Positions 1-5,719 of a stretch of DNA of 6,231 nt are shown piece after piece. The first letter of the stretch is position 1, and each line of letters starts with the position of its first letter. The stretch is taken from the NCBI GenBank assembly GCA_016840465.1, contig JAEOSH010000076.1, forward strand, positions 1-6,231, in the 5' to 3' direction. This stretch comes from Candidatus Baldrarchaeum yapensis (lineage in GTDB: Archaea > Asgardarchaeota > Baldrarchaeia > Baldrarchaeales > Baldrarchaeaceae). The position numbers were made by a program, and so were the translations under genes. A model generated the notes under the pieces. The model was not told the origin of the DNA. It worked only from the letters and a program-made list of their open reading frames with translations, and searched no databases.

Positions 1-145
1 GTGGTGGAGAGCCTTCCCGTCTCGGGGTTCATCGACGGGCTTTCGCGCGGGGAGCGGTGCTCCGCACATCCATCTGCCCCCTTTGCTCCGCCCTTTCGGG
101 CTTCCCTCCCTCTCACCGTCCCTCCCAACATCCCGGGCGGAACCT
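1..145 (-). mobile_element. Degenerate IS200/IS605 tnpB 3'-end / omegaRNA-like remnant (left copy; may continue off the window edge)
   Basis: Shares four colinear blocks with the tnpB remnant at 5720-5850. On the + strand these are tcggggttc(atc)gacgg 22-38 vs 5731-5744, cgcacatcc 63-71 vs 5762-5770, gctc..ccctttcggg 85-100 vs 5796-5811, and ctccca(a)catcc 122-133 vs 5824-5834. The minus strand has a GCCC-GAAA-GGGC GNRA hairpin. No recognisable TnpB protein motifs remain. Confidence 0.45.
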
Positions 146-165
146 GCTCAACATAACGGAACCGT

Positions 166-192
166 CCTTTATAAGGGTTTTAAAGGTTTTGA
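166..192 (-). promoter_or_regulatory. Tandem archaeal TATA-like boxes embedded in a 6-bp inverted repeat
   Basis: The minus strand reads CAAAACCTTTAAAACCCTTATAAAGG, i.e. an A-rich BRE-like run followed by TTTAAA and then TTATAAA. CCTTTA (166-171) and TAAAGG (181-186) form an inverted repeat with a 9-nt spacer. The boxes point toward the 1-145 element. Confidence 0.35.
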
Positions 193-227
193 GGTTGCAA
201 AGGTGCATGAGGGCAACAAATGCAACA

Positions 228-293
228 CTATGCGTTTCTGCCCCTGCTCGATCCGGTCACCAGTGCAACCTTTCCTCTTATCTCCACGGGCAT
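228..293 (-). pseudogene. Truncated short-chain dehydrogenase/reductase (SDR), N-terminal stub only
   Basis: Translates as MPVEIRGKVALVTGSSRGRNA*. GKVALVTGSSRG is the classical SDR beta1 / TGxxxGxG start, broken before the last Gly. A GGTGA SD-like motif lies just upstream of the in-frame GTG at 287. The stub starts 20-26 nt after the GTPase stop codon. Confidence 0.65.
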
Positions 294-312
294 CACCCGA
301 ACATAAGGCCCG

Positions 313-870
313 TCAGATGAACGGGATTGTGCGCGCCTCCGTTTTAGGCCTCACCTTCGTCATTTTCAGGATCATTTCAACAACCTTTTCGACATTCTCT
401 CCCGTGAGCGCGCTTGTTTCGATATACGGAACCTTCCTTCCCAGAAGTTCGGAAACCTCCGCTGCCACTCTCTCCCCCTCTTCCGGCATGACACATGCGT
501 GAGTCCCGCGCAGGTCTATCTTATTACCTATGAGTATCGTAGGGATCTTCTTCCAGCGCTCTATCAACTCTTGAACCCACACCTTAACGTTATTGAGGGT
601 CTCATGCCGTGACACATCAAAAACTATCAGCGCAATACGCGCCCCCTTATAGAATCCGCTGCGAATGTGCCGGAACCTGTGCTGCCCCGCGAGATCCCAA
701 AACATCAAGGTTACTTCCTCGTCATTCCTTTTCACATTCATGGATGAGATGTCAACACCGAGCGTCGGGAGATAATTCTCAGTCAGCGATTTCCCAAGAA
801 ACCTGCGCCTCAGGGTGGTCTTCCCCACTCCCCAATCTCCTATTATTACGACCTTCACTGCCCTGCGCAT
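313..870 (-). CDS. Ras-superfamily, Rab-like small GTPase (185 aa)
   Basis: All five G motifs are present: G1 GDWGVGKT, G2 YLPTLG, G3 WDLAGQ, G4 NKID, G5 ETSAL. RabF-like motifs are LGVDI, TLMFW, RFRHIR, FYKGA and IVFDVS. There is no C-terminal Cys prenylation motif. Confidence 0.95.
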   Translation of the reverse strand: MRRAVKVVIIGDWGVGKTTLRRRFLGKSLTENYLPTLGVDISSMNVKRNDEEVTLMFWDLAGQHRFRHIRSGFYKGARIALIVFDVSRHETLNNVKVWVQELIERWKKIPTILIGNKIDLRGTHACVMPEEGERVAAEVSELLGRKVPYIETSALTGENVEKVVEMILKMTKVRPKTEARTIPFI

Positions 871-897
871 GGGCTCTCACGTCCACCCTTATCTGTA

Positions 898-926
898 ATA
901 TTTTGAAATTTCATAAAATATAAATC
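898..926 (-). promoter_or_regulatory. Putative GTPase promoter (TATA-like) with adjacent palindrome
   Basis: Minus-strand TTTATATTT at 924-916 lies about 50 nt upstream of the ATG at 870. It overlaps an inverted repeat ATATTTT (898-904) / AAAATAT (915-921) that surrounds the perfect palindrome TGAAATTTCA (904-913). Confidence 0.35.
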
Positions 927-1399
927 GACTCTTAAAAGTCCAATTGACCAAATACTATCGTAATGATCGGAACACAACTGCATCTCCGGCCACCACGAAA
1001 TGTATCCGTAAATTATATTAATCGGAAGGTAAGCGGGCAGATCTACGTTCCATACAAAATATTCTTACGGATCCGCACGATCGCCAACCGAAAACATCAG
1101 GCTTTTAGTTCCTATCAAGATTCCCGTATAAAGGTCACTGTTCCATTTCGCTGACCATAGAATCTCTCTAAAGTCGGCAAAAGACCCCGGCCCGAATTGT
1201 TGAACAAATGCATTGGTAAAATATGCTTACGGGCCCATGGATCAAAGCTCCCTCCTGTACAATATGCATCATTTGTGATAATACGAGGAGGAATTTTCCG
1301 ACGGGCGCCCTGTTGGGCGCGTCTTCCTTCTCAGGTCACGGGTTCCGATCCGGGTGTCACCAGATATCTTTTTCCAAGGGGGCGACATACACTATATGG

Positions 1400-2698
1400 G
1401 TGAGTTTTGTGCCCCGCGTTGTCATTCGGGAGATAGATGAGGACCCTAAGGACACCATTCTCCACATATTTGAAGAATTCGAGAATGTCGGCAATAAACT
1501 CTCGAAAAGCGAAAGAGTTTTCATAAAAATAAATGCAGTTGACTTCAGAAAGGGGTGTTACACTTCCCCCGAGATTCTCGACGCGGCAATACGTGCAATT
1601 CGAGAGCATGGGGTAAGGCGCATCTACGTAATGGACAACTCAACACAGGGAAACTTCACGCGGCTCGTGTTTCACGCCACCGGAATCATAGACGTTGTAA
1701 AGAAGAATGGAGCGAAACCTCTCTACTTGGATGAGGAAAAGAGCATTAAGGTATCGATAGGCGGGAACGGGTACGAGGTTGACTTTCCGAGAGTCCTTTA
1801 CGAGGCTTTGATCAAGAACAGGGAGGGTAACTTCTACCTTAATCTTCCAAAACTCAAGACCCACACCATGACGACGGTCACGCTCGGGATGAAAAACCAG
1901 ATGGGGCTACTCTATCATGATGATAGGAGGATTCATCACAACGCAATGGAACTCCACAAACTCATAGTGGACATTTACGAGTTTGTAAGGCCGGATTTCA
2001 CGATAATTGACGGCAAAGTTGCCATAGTGAATGGACACTACCCGCTGGAGGCCAGACTCGATAAGTACATCATTCCGATGAACATTCTCATCGGAGGGGA
2101 TGATACCGTTGCGGTGGACGCAGTGGGCGCGAGGGTGCTCGGATACACAATGGAAGAGGTGGAGCATCTGAAAATTGCGCATGAGAGGGGGTTGGGTTGT
2201 GCCGACCTCGAAAAGATAGAGGTGGTGGGGGATCTTTCGAGGTTCCGGGAGAAGTATCCCCATATGTTCATAGGGACGTTTCCGAGTGATGTGAAGATTG
2301 TCGAGGGAAAGGAGCAGGCGTGCATCGAGGGCTGTAAGGGGAACACGCTGATGGTGCTGGAGATGTTGCATGTCGACTACGGAGGGCACGGTCCCTTCTC
2401 GATAGTTTTCGGAAAGGGAATAGACAGAGGCGATCTCGAGGATCTCCCCACACCGATAATGGTTGTAGGACCGTGTGCCGTTGACGAGGTGGGCGCCTAC
2501 TTGCAGGAGAAATACGGCAGGAAGAACGTTGTCCTCATAAGGTTCTGCAACGACCTTGCGGCGGTCACCGACACACTGCTCAAGTTCATGGGAATTAAGG
2601 CAACGAGAGTCGTGCCGATGAGCCCCCTGAAGGTAATATTCCTATGGATTCTGTCGAAGCTTCACGGCTCGAGGGCTCACATCCCGTCGATCTTCTAG
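1400..2698 (+). CDS. DUF362-family protein, putative Fe-S binding (about 432 aa from GTG 1400; open frame extends back to 1223)
   Basis: DUF362-type motifs: VFIKIN (KPN-like), YTSPEILDA, LNLPKLKTH, VTLGMKNQMG, IIDG, DTVAVD. The C-terminal domain carries CIEGC, GPC and FC cysteines. Sequence upstream of 1400 does not resemble the family, so GTG 1400 (or 1409) is the preferred start. Confidence 0.85.
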   Translation: MSFVPRVVIREIDEDPKDTILHIFEEFENVGNKLSKSERVFIKINAVDFRKGCYTSPEILDAAIRAIREHGVRRIYVMDNSTQGNFTRLVFHATGIIDVVKKNGAKPLYLDEEKSIKVSIGGNGYEVDFPRVLYEALIKNREGNFYLNLPKLKTHTMTTVTLGMKNQMGLLYHDDRRIHHNAMELHKLIVDIYEFVRPDFTIIDGKVAIVNGHYPLEARLDKYIIPMNILIGGDDTVAVDAVGARVLGYTMEEVEHLKIAHERGLGCADLEKIEVVGDLSRFREKYPHMFIGTFPSDVKIVEGKEQACIEGCKGNTLMVLEMLHVDYGGHGPFSIVFGKGIDRGDLEDLPTPIMVVGPCAVDEVGAYLQEKYGRKNVVLIRFCNDLAAVTDTLLKFMGIKATRVVPMSPLKVIFLWILSKLHGSRAHIPSIF

Positions 2699-2735
2699 CG
2701 TGAGGGAGCCCAATGTGGGAATCTCGATAAATTAC

Positions 2736-3066
2736 ATGGAGGGAGTCAGGGCAATTGTTAAAAGAGGAAAATACGCGGTTGCAAGTGTGCGATTCCTCCA
2801 TCCAGAGTTTTTGCTCTTGTGATGAATCTTCAGGGAGGATGAATTCGAAAATGTGGACGTGATAGAGGCAGAGAAGGGATTCAGGTTACTGACGTTTGGC
2901 ATACCCTCCCTTTTGATCTCATGAGCTTTCTTGCAAAGTAGCGGGCGCGCTCGTGGAGAAGGGAGTAAGTATATTGGCGATCTCTTCGTACTCAGCCGAT
3001 TATTTTCTGGTTAGGGACAAGGATTCGGAAAAAACGATTTCTGCGCTCAAAAGTCTGGTTTTTATC
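2736..3066 (+). pseudogene. Frameshifted tandem-ACT (ACT_7/CASTOR-type) small protein
   Basis: Reconstruction across four frameshifts: MEGVRAIVKRGKYAVASVRFLH (2736-) / RVFALV (2804-) / EDEFENVDVIEAEKGFRLLTFGI (2835-) / LPFDLMSFLAK (2906-) / VAGALVEKGVSILAISSYSADYFLVRDKD (2938-). This matches the recalled family pattern 'EKGWRLLTFDxxLPFxLxGFLAKVSxALAxxGISIFAISxYSTDHILV'. Confidence 0.75.
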
Positions 3067-3520
3067 GTGAAGAAGGAGCAGCAGTTTCGACGGAGTAACA
3101 TATTCTACAAGGGACATAGGATGATAATGCTTGACGAAAGAAGAGGGGAGTTTGAAAGAGAAGGGTGAAGGAACTTCTCAAAGGGAGGAGTTATCCGAAA
3201 TGAGGAAATCCGGAATAGTCGACGGCTGCTGTTCCATCCCGACGCGTTTGAGAAGTTCATAGAGTTCGCCGCCGGAATCATCGAGGAGGGCATTACAATA
3301 GATGGTGCTACCGAGGAAGTCAGGATGGTGGGCGCAAGGTATGTTTCGGAGGTGGAGGCTTGCCGATAGGATCATATACAATTCGATTGTTCCGCAAACA
3401 AAGGAAAGCGAGATCTCGGCGATAAGGGAGGCAGGAATAATGCCCGCAATACTCCTAACACTAAACTCCACGAGGCTCACAATGAATGGACGTCTCAGCG
3501 TGCTAGACATTTTTAAATAA
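3067..3520 (+). pseudogene. mtrH: Fragmented MtrH-like (methyltetrahydromethanopterin/pterin:corrinoid) methyltransferase, about the N-terminal half
   Basis: Pieces in alternating frames: KKEQ..SNIFYKGHR..LDERRGEFERE (3070-3165), VKELLK (3165-), EELSEM..GIVD (3185-), DAFEKFIEF..ITIDGATEEVRMVGARYVSEV (3241-), LADRIIYNSI..ESEISAIREAGI..AILL (3359-). These are colinear with the recalled MtrH pattern 'KEQ...TIFY..HKIV.DE.KG.FD...LID...YV.EVGLADRAIYNSI..SEI.AL'. Confidence 0.8.
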
Positions 3521-3530
3521 TCTAGAATCT

Positions 3531-3546
3531 AAATATTGTTATAAAT
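3531..3546 (+). promoter_or_regulatory. Putative TATA box of the acyl-CoA ligase gene
   Basis: TTATAAAT at 3539-3546 lies inside an AT-rich tract (about 3510-3570). An archaeal TSS about 25 nt downstream would fall after ATG 3559, which favours GTG 3592 as the start codon. Confidence 0.4.
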
Positions 3547-3591
3547 TTACGTAAAAGAATGATAATTATTAAGGAACGGGGGCAGAAAGGC

Positions 3592-5343
3592 GTGACTGAG
3601 GAAGTACCCGGCTACAAGGAATATCAACTTACCATTGATAAAATTCTCCAATATGGACTCTTCATAGCACCCGAGCAGAAACTCGTGTATGCACCAGCAA
3701 ATCTGCCAAGAAAGGAATTCACATATATGGACTTTGCGGACCGCGTTAACAGGCTTGGTGCGGTTCTCGAGGAACTCGGAGTAAAGCGCGCCGATGGACC
3801 TTGGAAAATGGGAACTCGTGTTGCAATCATGGACTGGAACTCCATAAGGTACCAAGAACTTCTCTATTCTGTCCCCATGTATGGCGCCGTGGCTAATACC
3901 ATAAACATAAGGCTTGCTCCCCTAGAGATCTTATACACGCTTACCGTGACAAAGCCGGAGGTACTTTTCATACATACAGATTTCTCTCAATATGTGGACA
4001 AGATACTCGAACAGATTAAGAGCATAAAGCATGTTGTGATAATGAGCGATCAAATTACGTGCACCGGAAAGGGCGAAATTCCAGAGATCAAGGTCCCATC
4101 TGGTGTGAAGGTTCATGAGTATGAGGATCTGATAAAGAGCGTGGGCAAAGGGGAGTACAACTGGCCGGAACTGGATGAAAACGTTGTTGCCACTTTCTTC
4201 TTTACCTCTGGGACTACGGGACTACCTAAGGGGGTTTATCACACACATAGGCAGATAGTACTAGCAACCTTACAACTTCTGGCTGCTCAAGCAATGGAGC
4301 CGATAAATATAACAAGTAGAGACATCGTGCTGGTTCTAGTACCATACTTCCACATAGTTGGATGGGGTACTCCGTATACGAGTATTTGCGGCGGCGTGAA
4401 AATGGTATTTCCGGGAAGATATGTGTGGGATCATATAGCTAAACTGATTCCAGAGTTGGTGGCGGAGGCAAGGAAGATCGATGGGAAAGTCGTAGCGTCC
4501 GGAGTACCAACTATGCTGTACCTGATATTGCAAGAACTCAAGAAATTGGGAGTCACGGATTTAAGAGGATTCCAGTTCGGGTACGGGGGTTCCGCATTAC
4601 CCCTTTCCCTCTACGAGGAAGCCAAGAAGATGGGAATCGAAATAGTCACGGGCTACGGTCCGACGGAAACCGGGATGACCGCAATAACTAGAATGATTTT
4701 CATCCCGAGAATGTGGATGAAAATGGGATGGGATCCTGAGAAAATGAGAGACTACTTCGTCACAAAGAACTCTTTGGGAGTTCCTGTACCGTTATCCTTC
4801 GTAAAGGTTGTCGATGAAGAAGGTAGAGAGCTACCACAGGATGGAAAGACCCCAGGTAGACTGCTTTTCTGGTCTCCCTCAATTACACGAGAGTATTATA
4901 ATGATCCTGAGAAAACCAAGAGGGCATGGCGTTTTGGCTACTTTGACATAGATGACGTAGCTATTATTGATGAATACGGAAGTGTGCTCTTCGTTGACAG
5001 AGTAAAAGACGTGATAAAAAGTGGGGGCGAGTGGGTACCTTCAACGAGGGTGGAAGCGTTTATTTCTACGCATCCAGCGGTTGCTGAAGTTGCCGTGATT
5101 GGGGTGCCTCATCCCAAGTGGGTTGAAAGACCTGTGGCCATAGTTGCGCTCAAGCCGGGATATTCTCTGACCGAGGAGGAATTGAAGGACTATCTAACGA
5201 AAAACTTCGTTGAAAAGGGCGAGATGCCCAAGTGGTGGATCCCCGATAAAATAATATTTGAGCGTGAACTTCCAAAGACGGCCACCGCTAAGATAGATAA
5301 GCTTGCACTGAAAGAGAAATATAAGGACCTAAAATTAGAGTGA
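3592..5343 (+). CDS. AMP-forming acyl-CoA synthetase / medium- to long-chain fatty-acid--CoA ligase (AlkK/FadD-like, ANL superfamily)
   Basis: Motifs: P-loop FFTSGTTGLPKG, GYGPTE, DRVKDVIKSGGEW, HPAVAEVAVIGVPHPKWVERP, PKTATAKIDK. The open frame is 594 aa from ATG 3559; GTG 3592 (MTEEVPGY..) is preferred, with a purine-rich stretch upstream. Confidence 0.95.
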   Translation: MTEEVPGYKEYQLTIDKILQYGLFIAPEQKLVYAPANLPRKEFTYMDFADRVNRLGAVLEELGVKRADGPWKMGTRVAIMDWNSIRYQELLYSVPMYGAVANTINIRLAPLEILYTLTVTKPEVLFIHTDFSQYVDKILEQIKSIKHVVIMSDQITCTGKGEIPEIKVPSGVKVHEYEDLIKSVGKGEYNWPELDENVVATFFFTSGTTGLPKGVYHTHRQIVLATLQLLAAQAMEPINITSRDIVLVLVPYFHIVGWGTPYTSICGGVKMVFPGRYVWDHIAKLIPELVAEARKIDGKVVASGVPTMLYLILQELKKLGVTDLRGFQFGYGGSALPLSLYEEAKKMGIEIVTGYGPTETGMTAITRMIFIPRMWMKMGWDPEKMRDYFVTKNSLGVPVPLSFVKVVDEEGRELPQDGKTPGRLLFWSPSITREYYNDPEKTKRAWRFGYFDIDDVAIIDEYGSVLFVDRVKDVIKSGGEWVPSTRVEAFISTHPAVAEVAVIGVPHPKWVERPVAIVALKPGYSLTEEELKDYLTKNFVEKGEMPKWWIPDKIIFERELPKTATAKIDKLALKEKYKDLKLE

Positions 5344-5360
5344 CTCGAATAAAAACACCT

Positions 5361-5392
5361 TCTGCTTCTTTCATCTTTTTTGCATTTATTTT
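5361..5392 (+). terminator. Putative archaeal oligo-T terminator
   Basis: A pyrimidine/T-rich tract (tctgcttctttcatcttttttgcatttatttt, T6 at 5376-5381) begins about 20 nt after the ligase stop codon. Confidence 0.4.
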
Positions 5393-5438
5393 ACCTTCAC
5401 ATTGCGCCCATGACGATCGGTTTAAACATTCTTATTAT

Positions 5439-5565
5439 CCTAGGCTAGTGATACACACCCGTTTTTCTAAAATAGTAGGCTGGTCATATTATGGCAATAA
5501 AAATTACAATAAAACATGGAGGGCTTACAGAAGAGGAGTGCGTTCCAGAGTAATGTTTGCAACAA
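5439..5565 (+). pseudogene. Possible C-terminal relic of an alkaline-phosphatase-superfamily (nucleotide pyrophosphatase/PglZ-like) gene
   Basis: HGGLTEEECVP (5515-5547) resembles the HGGLxxEEMxVP motif. It is flanked in a shifted frame by PRLVI..YYG and VMFA. This rests on a single short motif. Confidence 0.25.
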
Positions 5566-5719
5566 AGGATGAGCTTTTAGCATCCTACTTGGAAGTTCTT
5601 GACATTCCTTATCACGGCATCGCGGCACCGCTAAGGTTGTAGTAGATGTCGTAGTAAGTTTTGCATTGCATAGAGAACGATATGCGACTGTGAACTCTCA
5701 GCACCGAGAACTTTGGAGG

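Noticed and set aside
1-145. RNase P or SRP RNA (GC-rich, GNRA hairpin, GGAGCAA string)
   Set aside because: There is no GAGGAAxxUCC P4 motif and no SRP helix-8 CAGG..GGAA..AGCAG motif. The similarity to the tnpB tail explains the sequence better.
57-502. Plus-strand ORFs 57-320 and 83-502, including an ICPLCS string resembling the TnpB zinc finger
   Set aside because: They are antisense to the GTPase, SDR stub and IS relic. The CPLCS match is on the wrong strand relative to the relic and lacks flanking motifs.
609-1154. ORFs 609-923 and 963-1154
   Set aside because: The first is a shadow of the GTPase. The second is short, with no recognisable motif or RBS.
857-1238. Minus-strand frame with SD-like GGAGGGAG + ATG and only two internal stops (..QQFGPGSFADFREILWSAKW..WNVDLPAYLP..)
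   Set aside because: It could be another decayed gene, but I recognise no family, it runs through the GTPase promoter, and this stop density is attainable by chance.
1305-1353. Hairpin GCGCCC-TGTT-GGGCGC and a GGTTCCGATCC string resembling a tRNA T-loop
   Set aside because: No cloverleaf can be built and the T-loop consensus is not met. A lone 6-bp stem is uninformative.
1331-2801. Minus-strand ORFs 1331-1609, 1640-1864, 1907-2389, 2038-2346, 2268-2453, 2595-2801
   Set aside because: Antisense shadows of the DUF362 gene with no motifs.
2953-3520. ORFs 2953-3168 and 3302-3520 as independent small genes, and minus ORFs 3105-3293 and 3178-3510
   Set aside because: The plus ORFs are frame fragments of the ACT and mtrH pseudogenes; 2953-3168 is an accidental ACT-mtrH chimera. 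The minus ORFs are shadows.
3547-4533. Minus-strand ORFs within the ligase, and ATG 3559 as its start
   Set aside because: The minus ORFs are shadows. ATG 3559 lies too close to the putative TATA box, so GTG 3592 is preferred, though this is not proven.
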